Below, piece after piece: positions 13,345 to 27,278 of a stretch of 64,000 nucleotides of DNA. Every line of letters begins with the position of its first letter. Positions within the stretch are counted from its first letter, which is position 1. The notes beneath the pieces are model-generated. The model was given only the letters and a program-made list of their open reading frames with translations, ran no database searches and was not told the origin of the DNA. The position numbers and the translations under genes were made by a program. The DNA is from Octopus vulgaris (Eukaryota), in the NCBI GenBank assembly GCA_951406725.2, contig OX597815.1, forward strand, positions 92,752,001 to 92,816,000, read 5' to 3'.

Positions 13345-13936
13345 TACATCAACCCCAGTGCTCAACTGGTACTTATTTCATCAACCTTGATGAAAGGCAA
13401 AGTCGATCTTGGTGGTATCTGAATTTGAACATAGAGGTGGATGAAATGCTGCTCAACATTTTGTCCAGAATGCTAATGAGTCCACCAGCTCACCATCTTA
13501 TATTACAATAATAACAATGGTTTCAAATTTTGCCACAAGGGCAGCAATTTTGGGGGAGGGGATAAGTCGATTACAACAACCCCAGTGTTTCATAGGTACT
13601 TAATTTATCAACCCTGAAAGGATGAAAGGCAAAGTTGACCTCAGTGGAATTTGAACTCAGAATGTAGTGACAGGCGAAATACCACTAAGCCTTTTGTCCA
13701 GCATGCTAATGATTCTGCCAACTTGCCACCTTAATAATAATAATAATGGTTTCAAATTTTGGCACAAGGCCACCAAGTTCATGGTAGTGTGTAAGTCGAT
13801 TACATCAACCCCAGTACTGAACTGGTACTTATTTCATTGATCTTGAAAGGATGAAAGGCAAAGTTGACCTCGACAGAATTTGCACTCACTAAACATTTTG
13901 TCCAGAATGCTAATGATTCTACCAGCTTGCCATCTT
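13345..13936 (-). mobile_element. Three tandem copies of tRNA-derived SINE family B (MetaSINE-like central domain)
   Basis: Units ~13345-13500, 13517-13732 and 13747-13936 separated by (TAA)n. The minus strand reads ggcgagctggcagaatcattagc..gagttcaaattcc..actttgcctttcatcctttc.gggttgataaa.taagtaccag. Other copies at ~10320, 11650, 28245, 55460 (+) and ~21190, 23320-23650, 33110-33400, 38895, 48975, 50862 (-). Confidence 0.85.
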
Positions 13937-14049
13937 TTATAATAATAATAATGATGATGATGGTCGCTCCTGTCGATTTCGACATATGAGTGTTTGAAGA
14001 AGAGGATTTAAAAAAGACAGAAAACAGCTTCTAAAAATAAAAGAACAAA

Positions 14050-14490
14050 AGAAGCTGCTTCTATTTGTTATGGATGCATGAGTATAATTTGAATCCAGAT
14101 ATGGATTTTGCTATGAAGGTGCAATGGGGACACTGGTGATTTTGATTTTGCCTGGGATTGGACAAATGTGTCTGTTGTTTGCAGGATATGATTCTTTTAT
14201 TGCTCTTTTTCTTCAACTCAAATTGTTTTGATGCATCATGACACATTTTATACCATGCAGATCGATCTAGGCAATGACTTTCCCAAGATGTCAAGTTAAG
14301 CTGTAGAGATTTTAATGATTGCTTCAACTTATCCTTATACCTAAGGACAGGTCTTCCTCTATCACAATATCCTGTTGGCTGTACAAAAAAAAAATTTGGA
14401 ATGTGGTTGGCTTTCATTCAAACCCATCTGCAGTGAATTCTCAGCAGCTTGCTTTGGATTCTGGAGATATCACATTTTTCTAAGATCTTG
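14050..14490 (-). mobile_element. RTE-group LINE 3' end with terminal C2H2-like finger
   Basis: ORF 14061-14417: RGRPVLRYKDKLKQSLK..SWESHCLDRSAW..CPHCTFIAKSISGFKLYSCIH. Confidence 0.8.
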
Positions 14491-15327
14491 ACATTTAATA
14501 ATAAGTGCCCTGATGCAATACCAAGCAGTGGATCTCCTAGCTCCTGATCTTAACTGATTAGAAGTGTTATCATGTGCATGTTTTGTGTTAGTGTAAACGA
14601 TGGGCTACAGCAGATATTCTGCTCAATACTGCAGATTCGTGTGTTAGTTACTTAACCTTAATTAGGTGAACAAGTCCCTCAGTGGCTGATGACATGTGCA
14701 TCTCTGATCACAAGTAGGAGTTGTGAGAGAGCATCATAGCCATATGTTGAGAGGAATTCTTTGGGGTTTGAATATTTCACAGCTACAAACATCATCCTTA
14801 AACAACCCTTATTCAAGGACCTTTTAAGTGGGATGAGCTACATGACCAGAAAAAAATTTTAACTGGGTCCCACCTGCAAGGTATGCGCTGTCTATCTTGA
14901 AATGAGGTCATCATGTCATGCATGTACAGTTGTGATGTACATGCCTGGTGTACACTTATCAGACACTGGGTATATTGGGTTTCATATAGTTGTACCTCAG
15001 CGTCACTTTGATCGCATGCACTATCTCACTCAATGATAATAATGATTTCTTGCAGAGGCAAAAGGCCTCAAAACTTTAAAGAGAAAGGACTAAAGAAAAT
15101 GTAATTGGCTGATGCATTATTTTGGAAGGATGTAAAGCTAAGTAAATAATGAGGAATTTAAATCAGTTCATAACTAAACACTTTCAACCTACTGTTCTTG
15201 TTGCAGCAGAAGTAGTATTTTATTGCCACAAGGGAGATATTAAATTAGATTACAAAGCTTATGGGGAGGTTAAAAAAATCAATTGAATGAAAATTGATAG
15301 TATACACACACTGTGTATACTATCAAT

Positions 15328-16100
15328 ATATCTCAACTTTGTCAAGGCCTTCCATAAAGTTGATCACAAGATGATGTCACAAACTGCATGACCTTGGTAC
15401 CATTGGAAAACTAGGGGAGTGGCTGCATGACTTTTTAAAAGATAGGAGTCAGATAATCACAGCCAATGGTGCTCTCTCTCTCTCTCTCTGAGGAGACATC
15501 AGTACTAAGTGGAGTACCTCAGGGAACTGTACTGAGACCACTACTATTCATAGTGACTCTCTCAGACATGCCGTCAATCATAGCCAACCTCAGTATCATT
15601 GCTTATGATACAGAAGTATCATAAGCAGTCAGGGGTCCTGATGATAACACAAAACTATGGAATGAACTGAATGCATGTGGAGAAATTTCAAACATTCCAC
15701 ACAGACTAATCAGAATACACAGGACCAGTGGTATTTGCAATCTCAGAGTCAAAACCTGTGCATGACCTGGAAGTTCACATGAGTAACAACACATTATCAT
15801 TCTATGTGGATATTAGTAAGATAGGAATAATGTACAGGTGACTGGCAGTTGGATTCTGAGATCATTCACAACGGAAAAAGGAAATCAAGTTGTTCATGCA
15901 GAAAAGATTCATTTTTAGTTGTGTGCATTATGGCTCCCAATCATGGTCACCACAAAGTGCCAAACTAACAGCAGAACTTGAGGCAATCTAGTGTCACTAC
16001 ACAAAGATTGCCTTATTGCAACAGATGAGCTACTAGGAGAGGCTAAAAGAACTGAGGTTCTTCTCTCTAGAGAGAAGACACAAAAGATATGCAATCATAC
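15328..16100 (+). mobile_element. CR1-clade LINE RT relic
   Basis: YLNFVKAFHKVDH, SGVPQGTVLRPLLFIVTLSDMP, WILRSF, YGSQSWSP, SY*ERLKELRFFSLERRHKRYAII. Confidence 0.85.
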
Positions 16101-16739
16101 ATGCATACATATACATACATAAAATAAAACAGATATACCAAAACTATTTTTACATGTCTGTACTATTACTGTTTGTGTTTAGTAAAATGTAAATGATGTT
16201 AGTGTAAAAATAGATTGTTTTTTTGGTAGCTAGTTCCTGTCATACAAGGCCATCATCAACATTATTATCATCACCACCTCCATCACTATCAGCATTACTA
16301 CTACTACCACAACCACCTTCCTCATCCTTATTATCATCAGTGACTTAATACCTCTTCATACAAAAGAGACAGTTAAACAAAAGAAAGTCTAAACTAGCAA
16401 CTTACTTAATAAATGTTTCTTTGGGTGTGTGCGTGTATAATTTCACCAAGATTCGTTTCAAGTGAAACAATCTTTCTAAATATATATCCATTATTTGAAG
16501 TGATCACCTGTAATTTCTCTAGAAACAGGTGATGGTAGAATTCACAGGAATCATTAGAGTACAAATTTTAGACTGGCATTGTTCTAGCTTTAAATCTAGT
16601 AATGGTTAGTCTAAAAAATTCTCTACAAAAATCCTCATTTCTGAATATCTATCCATCCATCCATTTACTCTGCCCATTATTCCTGGAAAATTTGTTGGGG
16701 CAGATACCTCAGGAACCTCCTCCATAGAGTTCTATCAGA

Positions 16740-17200
16740 AATAACCATCATTACACTTTCCAGATGCATTCCCAAGCATGAAGAACTGGGACTGAATATT
16801 ATCTAGCTATCTTATTCTTGGTCTGCTCCTAGGTCTCCTGCCAGCTGGCTCAGCTTCAAGAATCCATCTTGCTATCCTTTCCTTCAACATTCTAATCACA
16901 TGTCCATAGTATCAGAGCTGTGACCTTTCTCAGTGTGAAGAAGTAGCGACTCAACCTGGGGAAACACCCTGATCTCCAAGTTATGCATCCTGTTGAGTAA
17001 CATTACTCCAGATATCCTTTGGAGGAACCCCATTTTCTCTTTTGATCATTACCCATTTTTCTAGGAGAGGATAGGTTCAAACACTGAAATGATGATAGTA
17101 AGTTTTGCTTTTTTTACCAACATCTCCTCTTTTGAGGATCAAATGCTGAAGCTGGCACATTATTGTACCAACAACTGCGATTTTAGCATCTTATTCATCC
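16740..17200 (-). mobile_element. RTE LINE (Expander-like) 3' fragment
   Basis: KKAKLTIIISVFEPIL, MGFLQRISGVMLLNRMHNLEIR, RSQL*YYGHVIRMLKERIARWILEAEPAGRRPRSRPRIR. Confidence 0.8.
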
Positions 17201-17252
17201 TTCTGCTTCTCTAAATAATACCATTTTCAATATTGTTATTGTCACTCTTTAA

Positions 17253-17472
17253 CCCTTTAGCATTTAAGCCGGCCACATCCGGCCAAAATATTCTACCTGT
17301 TTTATGTTCAAACTGGTCAGATGTGACCCCTCACATCTGTTCTACAATATCATTCTAAAATTTAATAGTTACCTCATAAAAATTTCAAAGCTATCAGACA
17401 ATATATGATTAATTCAAAACAATGATAATAAATAAATGATACATTAGACAGAATAATCTGAATGCTAAAGGG
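17253..17472. mobile_element. piggyBac-type MITE (220 bp)
   Basis: TTAA|CCCTTTAGCATT ... AATGCTAAAGGG|TTAA: perfect 12-bp TIR with TTAA duplications at 17249-17252 and 17473-17476. Confidence 0.85.
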
Positions 17473-18796
17473 TTAACTCCATACCAGGGTTGTTTGAGCA
17501 GACAGATCTATATGACCAAGGTGTTCAAGATGTATTAATCCTGTCTTTGTTTTAAAGTATAATGCTATCAAGTGTATTATCTTTCTTTTTTTAAGACGTC
17601 AGTGTGTGATTCGAGGGACATCTGATTGATACTTTGAGCAAATACAGTGACTATATAGTGACTTCTACACAGGAATGCAGTTACTGTCAAGCACCAAATT
17701 AGCTCTGATCCAGAAGACCTATGGTTAATATTTTTTCAGCTAGATAAATAAATATGACTCCATATCTAAGGTATCCTTTATTCTATAAGTGTGATGTGAG
17801 AGGTAGCTGGCTCCTATTTCTACAAGGTTAAATAACCACATAGACGCTCTCTAATTGATAAATTTTAAATAGCTAGATTATTGATTATCATAAGGAACAC
17901 ACTGTGAGAATGGGTGGTGGAAGCAAACTTCTTTTGTTAGGAAGGTTACAGTTAAACTAGAAGAAATAGGTATTGAATACAGGAAGAGAGACTTTTAGAT
18001 AAACAACTCAAGGAAGGGGAACTGCTAGAAGTATTGTACAGCAGAACTACTGCAAAATTCATTTATGATGAGGATAATGTTGTTTAGGTTCGGGCAACCG
18101 AAATGAGCACACTATGATCAAAGGTGTTCCAGATGTGACCATCCTTTCATTGTAAGGGTGTGCAGGGCATTATTGAATGTGTATTTTTTTAAGATGGTAG
18201 GCTGTAAATTGAGATTTAACTACTATTTCAAATAAGTAAGACACCTTTATTATGATGTTAATAATTATGACAATGATAGTAGTGTTGATGGTGATGTTAG
18301 AGGTGAGGATGTTTATGATAAAGATAATTATGATGGAGGTGGTGATGGCATAGTTGTAAAGGTCTTGATGATAATCATATGGGCCAATTCAATGTGTGAA
18401 CTAGAAGCAAGGGAGTAGAAATTTACAGGCTTTATGTAGTGTGTAATAAGGGGTATGAGAGAAAGGGGGAGAGTGTGTGTGAGTGTGAATGTGTATCAAC
18501 TAAATATTTCTTCTTTTCCCTTTGAACTAAGTAATGGAAACTTAAAATATATACTTGTGTGCACAGGCATACTCATAATAAATAAACAAAGATTTTAAAT
18601 GCACATGAAATACTCATATATGTATACATATACATGCTTCTCTTCACATTGACAAAAAACCACATCAGCACATGCAAACAACTGTGTACATCTACATACG
18701 CACAGGAAATTACAAACATACACTCATCTAAATATTTTTTATGCACACAACTTTACTATATATACAAACATACACACACAGATAAACAAACACATG

Positions 18797-18838
<42 letters not shown>

Positions 18839-20127
18839 TATACACACACACACATATACATTTATATGCACACATACTTTACACACATGCACACACACAT
18901 ACACAACAGAACCAAAAGTGATGATTTAAAACATGCTATCTTTAATCCAGTCAGATTGTTAAGCTTAAGGCAGTTGTTCAGTCTATAAATGACCAAGTTA
19001 TAAGAGCAAACATTACTAATACACAAACTTAATAACCAAACAATAACATATAGTAAAGGATCCCAATAGAATCAGCCATTAGCCTCTGTTATAACTTATG
19101 TCCATGAAAGGAAATTCTATCTCTCAAGCAGAATAATGATTTCCGAAGCAAAATCTTCACACCACAAACTTGTACATCAACAAATCTCTAACCAATTAAG
19201 GAATTCTACGGATGGGGTGGTTGTCTACTCGGTTGCATTAACTGCTAGAAATAGCAACATAAATTTTCCTCAAATCAGTCTTGCCTTGTAAAAATACATA
19301 ATATATTGGATAATATAGTCCTACATATACTATGCCTGAATAAAAACTGACTGGTCATGGCTGAAACACTTCATTATAGGTCTACCTTCAATATCAAAAC
19401 ACACATACACACAGAAAAGGTATGGCTATGTAGTTAAGTTGGCTTTCCAACCACGTGATCTCTGATTCAGGACCACTGTGTGACACCTTAGAAGAATATA
19501 TTCTGTTATCATTCTGGGTTGACCTAGGCCTTACAAATAGATTTGTTAGGCAGAAGCCAAGAGAAGACTTTTGTGCATGTGAGTATGTGCATGCTTGTAC
19601 ATTTATTTACTTTTTGTTTATTTCAATGGAAGCTGTGACATATTGATGATGTTGTTGTTATTTCTTGCCAACAAATAATCAGTTTACATTATGGCTTCAA
19701 AGGAATGTGGAATGAGAGACCCCTTCTCAAAAAATCAAGAGATAGCAGGAGGAAGGGCATCTAGTTGTGAAACAATGTCTCAATAACATAATTGTCAAAC
19801 ATATGCAAGCAAAGAAAAACAAGCATAAAACAAACACACAACGCATACACACATACACTGACACAGTGTTTTCTCTGTGCTTCTTGTACAAGACTACTAC
19901 TACTATCTCTGCTCACTCGAAGTAGCCAACTGGAACTGCATCTGCCTTGTCTCCCTAGAATGCACTCCATCTCTCCTTCTCTCTGGCACAGGTAAGGCTG
20001 TGTAGTTAAGAAGTTTACTTTGTAACCACATAGTTTCAAGTTCAAACCTGCTGGGTGTCACTTTGGGCAGGTGTCTTGTATTTCAAGAACTGAGACAGCC
20101 AAAGCCTTGTGAGTGAATTTGGTAAAT

Positions 20128-20555
20128 CATCATCATCATCATCATTTAACGTGCATTTTCCATGCTGGCATGGGATGAACAGTTTGACTCAGGTCTGGAG
20201 AGGCAGTGGTTGCACCAGGCTCCAATCTGATCTGGCAATGTTTCTATAGCTGGATGCCCTTCCTCACGCCAACCACTCCAAGAGTGAAGTGGGTGCTTTT
20301 TATGTGTCACTGGCACAGGAGACAGTCAATCAGTCCTGGCATCGATCACATTCGGATAGTGCTTTTTACATGCCACCGGCATGAGAGCCAGTCGGGGGAC
20401 ACTGGCATCGGCCACATTCAGATGGTGCTTTTTATGTGCAACCGGCACAGGGGTCAGTCAGGTGGTCCTGGCATTGATCACATTCAGATAGTGCTTTTTA
20501 CCTGCCACCAACACGAGAGCCAGTCAGGGGTTACTGGCATTGGTCACAGCATGAT
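20128..20555 (-). mobile_element. Family C copy with four ~65-bp internal tandem repeats
   Basis: gtgctttttatgtg.caccggcac..agccagtc..ggcat.g.tcacattc repeated at ~20293, 20359, 20425 and 20491. Confidence 0.8.
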
Positions 20556-21879
20556 CATTGTGTGTGTGTGTGTGTGTGTGTGAATACTTCTGTCACTTAT
20601 CTTGACACTGTGTGGAAATTGTAAACAAAACATCACTATCACACAAAGGGCATTGTCTGTTTGCAATCGCCCATGAAAATATGTCTGGAGTAGGGGAAAA
20701 TATTATCCTGCTTGAAAATAAGTGAGAGAGGGTAATAAGAAAGACACCCTATTGTAAAAATCTGCCTCAACAAATCCTGTCTGATCCAAGCAAGCAAGGA
20801 AAAATGAACATCAGTACAATGATGATGATGAAAGAGTGAATTAAGGAAGACTTGGCTGCTACTTGTATCAGGTCAAGCAACTACATACTACGTAGAAGCT
20901 CCAAATGTAGATTTGGTTGAGATTGTTGACACCTCTTAGATGCAATGTTTATTCTGACATTTAAAAATAAAACTATTTTTGTTTACTATACATCTTAACT
21001 GCAGTTGGGCAAAGAATTAACAGATGTTGTAATTGCTCAACTTCAGTCAAGTAAATTGTAAACACTCCAGTTATTAAATAAAACAAAAGAAAAAAGAAAA
21101 GAAATTAGTAATACTATTATCATTATTGAAGAGTATGTAACTGTATCATTGAAATGGGGGTCTTGGAATCACATAGTAATAATAATTGTTTGTAACATAA
21201 GTACAAAGCCAAGGGGATTGAGAGGAGGAACTTAGTATATTACATCAAACCCAGTACTTGACTGATAATTTATTTTATTGATCCTTGCGTAAATATCTAC
21301 TACTATAGCCCTGGGCTGACCAAAGTCTTGTGAGTGGATTTGGTAGATGGAAACTGAAAGAAAACTGTTGTGCGTGTGTATGTGTGCAGTTTACTGTTCC
21401 ATTAAGGTAAGCTCAACAAAAAAAACATACTCCATCGGGTGAGGGATAAATATCACTTAATATACACTGTATTTACATAAGAGTTAATAATAGTTTCTTG
21501 CCATTAAGACATGTAATTAACCAGTTTTTATAATTTGCCTTGTGTCCCAAAGCAATCTTCAGGCTCTGTATACATAGTTTGTACTATTTGAAAATCAGGA
21601 TGCTGGTATGTGAGAAATCACACATGCAAAAAAAAAAAGAAGGTTAATGAGAAGACGAAAAGTGAATAAAAATGGAAAAAGAAAGGAAAGAAAAGAAACA
21701 AGACTGGTGGTTTGCATAATGTTTTTTTTTTTAAATTGCCTCCACATAAACCTGTGACTTCTAATTCATAGATGATAGAGTTTAACATGTATGCCTGGTG
21801 TGTATGATAAACTCTGTTGTCTATTAGGCAGAAGTCACAGCAAAGTTTCAAGATAACAAAACTGAAAATAAAAATTACA

Positions 21880-22110
21880 TTGGTTTATGCAAAAGCAATT
21901 TTAAAAGATGTTATGCAAACCAGCAATCTTCTTTTTAGCACATCAACAAAAGTAAATGGATCTAAGAAATGCAACTTATGCATAGCTGAAAGATTGCGCA
22001 TTCCTTTTAGATCCAAGATTTTCAGCATCCTGATTTTCAAGTAGAATAGAACATGTGCTCAGAACACAGGGATTGCTTGGAGACACAAGGCATGTTATAA
22101 AAACCTGCCT
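21880..22110 (+). mobile_element. Penelope-like element GIY-YIG C-terminal relic
   Basis: NGSKKCNLCIAERLRI followed by (W)RHK resembles the PLE motif KxCNLCxxEKxxI...CRH. Confidence 0.5.
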
Positions 22111-25100
22111 AACCATGTGTCTTAATGGGAAGAGATTATTAGTAGTTCTTATGTTAATACAGAGCTGATACAAAGTACATTACATGATATATATATTATA
22201 CAAGCAAGTGTCTTCTACTCAAGCTGACAAAGCCTTGTGAGTGGATTTGGCAGGCGGAAACTGAAAGAAACCAGTTGTGTGTGTGTGTGTTTGTGTCCCT
22301 ATAATTTAGCAGTTTGGCAAAAGAGACCAAAAGAGTAAGTGCCAGACTTTGAAAAAAAAAAAAAAGTACTAGGGTTGATTTGGTCCCAACTAAAATTCTT
22401 TAAGGCGGTGCCCCAGCATGGCTGTAGTCTAATGACTGAAACAAGTAAAAAAGATACACACACACACACATATATATATACATATATCTATATACACGAA
22501 CACACACACACACACACATGTGTGTGTGTGTGCATGTTTCTGTCTCTTTGCCTTGACTCTTGAGTGATAGCTGTAAACAAATGTCACCATCATGCAAGTA
22601 GAGTTATTTATTTCCAATCATCCATGAAAATATATCTTGTCATGGAGAATATTACCTAGCAAGGAAACAGGTGAGGGTTGGCAACAGGAAAGACATGTGG
22701 CTGTAGAAAATCATCAACAAATTCTGTGCAACTCATGCAAGCATGGAAACTTGAAGGAATATGTGATGATGCTCCAGCATGGCCAGAATCACATTGAATC
22801 AACTTACTAAAGAATCAAAGGTATATCTACTTTCTTGAGGATATATATGCTAGTTTACTTACAAACACTTCTGTGTGAATGTGCGTGAGAGGAGAAATAT
22901 ACGGCTGCTGTTTCTGTTTAATTAAATGTGTTGGAGAAAACAACTTGTGATAGTGGGTAGTGGAGTAAATACACCTCTGCTGTATGAATGTGTAAACTGC
23001 TAAGTCACATCTAGAGATAACAGTGGGTGTTCATTTTCCCAGCTATTATAAAAACACTAAATAGCTTGGCTCATTTATTATAAACCTGCTGTTTACTTTT
23101 CAAGAGGTGTAGGGGATTTAGTCCAACCTGACAAGAGAGGTTAACTCTGAAAGAAGATGTATGGAGGATTTAGTCATATTTGACAGAACTGGGCTTGGAG
23201 GTAATTTATGTTAAAATACACAGGAGAAATTTTGTAATGAAGAAGGAAACTATACACCATTCTCAAACTTGCTATAAGGACTATACTACTACTACTACTA
23301 CTACTAAGAATGATTCTTTTAATTTGGCACACAGCCAATATAAAGGGAAGGTAGGGAGTAGTTGTTATACTGACCCTAGTACTAGACTGGGACTATGTTT
23401 TATTGACCTTAGAAGGATGAAAGGTAAAACAGGATTTGAACTTGGAATAGTAATACCAACAAAAACAATATCAATACTAAAAATTGTTTTTAATTAAGGC
23501 ACAAAGCTATATATTTTGAGGGAAGTGGGGTTAGGTGATTATATCAAGCCAGCACTTGACTGGTACTTTGTTATCAAGCCTGAAGTAATAAAAGGCAAAA
23601 GTGACCAAGGCAGGATTTGAACTCAGAATGTAAAGTGCTGTAAATACTGTAAAGCATATAATAATTTATGATGACTCAATACCAAAAATTGTAGGGAAGG
23701 AGTATTAATAAGTGAACGAACACTAGTACATACTGGTCACAATGAAATACATCTAGTATACTCTGTAATTTGTTGGTGATAGGAAGGGCCAGTCATAGAA
23801 ATCATGCCAAAACTAGAATATAATAGCAAAATGGGGCTCTTGGAGCTATCTAGGAGAGCAATAACTACAAATAAGAACTGACTCAGAACTTGAAAATTCA
23901 CCCTCATCCATGCCAACAATGAAAGTAGGTGCTAAATGATGATGATTCTTTGACTCTGGATGGTGATGTTGTCATTGTAATCACCATCATTACCACTATT
24001 ATTTTGGATTGAGCAGTTACACACTCAGAGTCAGTTCATATGAGGAATTATTGTCTTTGTTAGTTTGGTTAGAAGACCATATTTTGCTCATGTTTCAATT
24101 TTCACATGATTAGTATTAGGAAGGGCATGGATGCCCTTTACTGGGTGAATTTTATCATGGTAGCAACACTATAGAAATGATATATCTTTCAACCTCTGTC
24201 ACTATCATTATTTCAATGCTGGTTTTCATCATGTTTGCACCAATGGATGGGTTTTGCAATTTACCAATCATTGTAATTCGTTGTCATTTCTTTTATGAGG
24301 ATCAAATATGCTGGTTATCAGCAAACAAAATATTCTAGACATTCAAAGAAGGGGCAGAATAAAGATAAAGATGCTTGTACTTGACTAATGTGTGAAATCA
24401 GGGTTTAACAACCGCACTTATATATGGCTTTGGCCTGAAAAATATCTACACCAAAATATCTAATTATTTACCAGATAGCACGACAGAAAATCGTAACAAA
24501 ACCTTACCTGGTTATATGATGTATATTGTTTATTCTTTTTCAAGTATTTCCTTTTTGGCTTGGATCCTGTCAGACCATTCAACCCATGCCCATATGGATG
24601 TTAAATGATGATAATGATGACGAGACTACAAGAAATTCTCTTGTGGTAGATAATGCAGTATTCTGCATTCTAACTCAATGTCCACGTTTAAGTGGGGATA
24701 ACTATTAACTTTTGGTATTAATACTGCCCTATCACTATTAATTATTTTCAAATAAGACCAGTGACTGATAGAGGAATTACTGTTCTTTCTAGTTGTGGGC
24801 ATCTACCATTAACGAGGCTAAGGAAGGTCGAAATCACGTGATCTAGCAGTTCCAGCAGCAGTCATGGATGATTATCTCCATTGTAGAGAAAACTAAAGAA
24901 TTTAAGTCAATTAAAAACAGAAAGCAATAGGAGAGGGGGTTGACTTTGTTCGCAGTAGTGGCAATATCATTATGGTTTTAACCTACTTTTCTGTGTGTAT
25001 GAGTTAGATGGGATTCAGTGAGGCAGATTCTCTATAGCTGGATGCTCTTCCTATTGCCAACCCTCACCTGTTTCCAAGCAAGGTAATATTTTCTTAATCT

Positions 25101-27030
25101 GGACACAATTTCATAAGAGATTGCAAACAAACAGCACAATTTGTATGACAGTCATATCTGTTTACTGTTGGACTGTTATATCAAGAAAAAGACATAGAAA
25201 CACCCCTGTACACACATATATACAGATATGATGGGCTTCATTTCAGTTTCTCTCTACTAGACCCACTCTCAAATGCTTTGGTTGGCACAAGGATATACAA
25301 AAAACACTTGCTCAAAATACCAAGTAGTGGGCCTGAACATGAAACCACATGATTATGAATCAATCTTCTTAACAGTACATCCATACTTCACACATGCCTG
25401 GCTATGAGTCAGCCTGATATTTGGTAGTATGTTTCAAATGTACTAAAAACATTTTAGACTTATTAAATTATCTCAATGAAACATATTAGACATAAGAAGA
25501 TAGAGAGATATATATCAAATTTTAGTGAAAATTTTTTTTTAAATGACTGGAAAAGAAATACAGGGACACATGTTGCAAAGACAAATACTGAAGGGAATGT
25601 TAAATATTCATCTTGAAGTGAGCTATCTTTTATCCTCCTTTGCCTGCCTTGACTTGTAACACTTAAGAAAGATACTGTCATTGCCATTTACCAAAAATAT
25701 ATTTTTAGATATTAACGCTTTCCTTTCAGTATATTGATCACAGAGAATCAAGTGGAATGATTCGATTTTATTTATAGCATTCAAGTTTACAAGGAACTGG
25801 TGATATTGATAATGTCTGTGGTAATATATATATACTTGTGCACATGCACACACACTTTTCTGTCTCTCTTTCTACATATTTAAAAAAAATTTTTTTTGTG
25901 GAAAGAAGTTATTACAGAGAAAAAAATAGTTCATTCTTAACAACTCTATTAAAAATCAGAAGGCAGACTTTAAAACAGTTGCTTTTAAGAATATTTATTT
26001 AGTATGTGTATGTGTGTATAAATACACACACACACAGCTCCAGCACTGTCACACTGTGTAATGCTGAGTCTACTTGAGAATTATGTTAAGGGTAAATACA
26101 TCGGTGGAATACTCAACTACTCTGCACACTAATTCAATGAGGAAGTCACCCAGTTGATTGAACAACTGAATGTTCATACACTGAAATCAATGGAAGATTC
26201 CATCCAATATATGTGATCGCAGAGTACTGAATGTACAAGCTCTGCGAAGCTGGACAAGTTGCAAGGTTCACAGACAACAGGTGAATCAGTGCAGATGCTG
26301 AGTGGTATGAAAGAGATCAGAAAAGGCCACTTGGAAGGCTTCCATGATGATGAGAAGGCAATTTGGTCAAGATGGAAAAGAATGATGCAGTCAAGACAAA
26401 ATTAGAAGCATATTATGTCACTACTACCACAGGATTTGCATATTTTGCAGCAACTCTCATATGCTTCTTTACACTAACAAATGATGATTTAGAATTTGCA
26501 TCAAGGTTATATTTCAAAGGAAATACAGTGAGTTTATCCTTAGCATTGCACATGTCTGAAACTATTTACTTTTCAGCATCATACTCTTCACAAACTATTA
26601 CTGTTGAAGCACCAATCTCTACTTATATATTCCAATTTTTGGTTCACATGCTTCAATTTTAGATTATTACTCTTCATTGAAGCATGATGTATAAATACAA
26701 GGTTGAAAGATGCCTAATCACAGAAATATCAATGGAAATTACAGGCAACACAAGCTGTATTGTGTTACATGCAATGATTACTGTCAATATGCACAGTGTT
26801 ACAGAAATGAACCTAGTAGACTAACATAAGTATTACTTACAAATATACATACAAATTTTAGGCTACTTTGACCTGACTTAATTTTTGACTCTGAGCGTTT
26901 ATTATTCAGCTTGAAAATAAATTATGAACAGATTATATCAAGACGTTGCAAGAAAAGAGTCATTATAAAGAAAATTCTTTCCAGTTTATAAATTTTCAAC
27001 AAATTTATACATACAACTTTTCACCATAAA

Positions 27031-27197
27031 TCTATATATATGAAAGAGAAATTCTGTCTGCCTGTCCGACAAAACATAAGTGAGACACCATCTCATTTAT
27101 AAGCGTGGGTGTTTTGTCCACTTTCACTATGGTGATGGTAATGATGATGGTGTGATCAGGGCTAAAGTGCCAAAATTTTCAAAGAATCAAAACCTTT

Positions 27198-27200
<3 letters not shown>
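27031..27200 (+). mobile_element. Probable Helitron 5' terminus
   Basis: A|TCTATATATATGAAAGAGAAATTCTGTCTGCCTGTC resembles the Helitron starts at 59260 and 37065. No matching 3' CTRR end found, so the extent is uncertain. Confidence 0.45.

Positions 27201-27278
<78 letters not shown>

Noticed and set aside
19243-19258. GCTAGAAATAGCA, identical to part of the engineered Cas9 sgRNA scaffold
   Set aside because: A 13-nt coincidence within the family-E repeat hairpin; the flanks do not match the scaffold.
24503-24600. Strong minus-strand donor CAG|GTAAGG as a possible PHPT1 exon
   Set aside because: The upstream sequence is a family-C repeat fragment and encodes nothing PHPT1-like.
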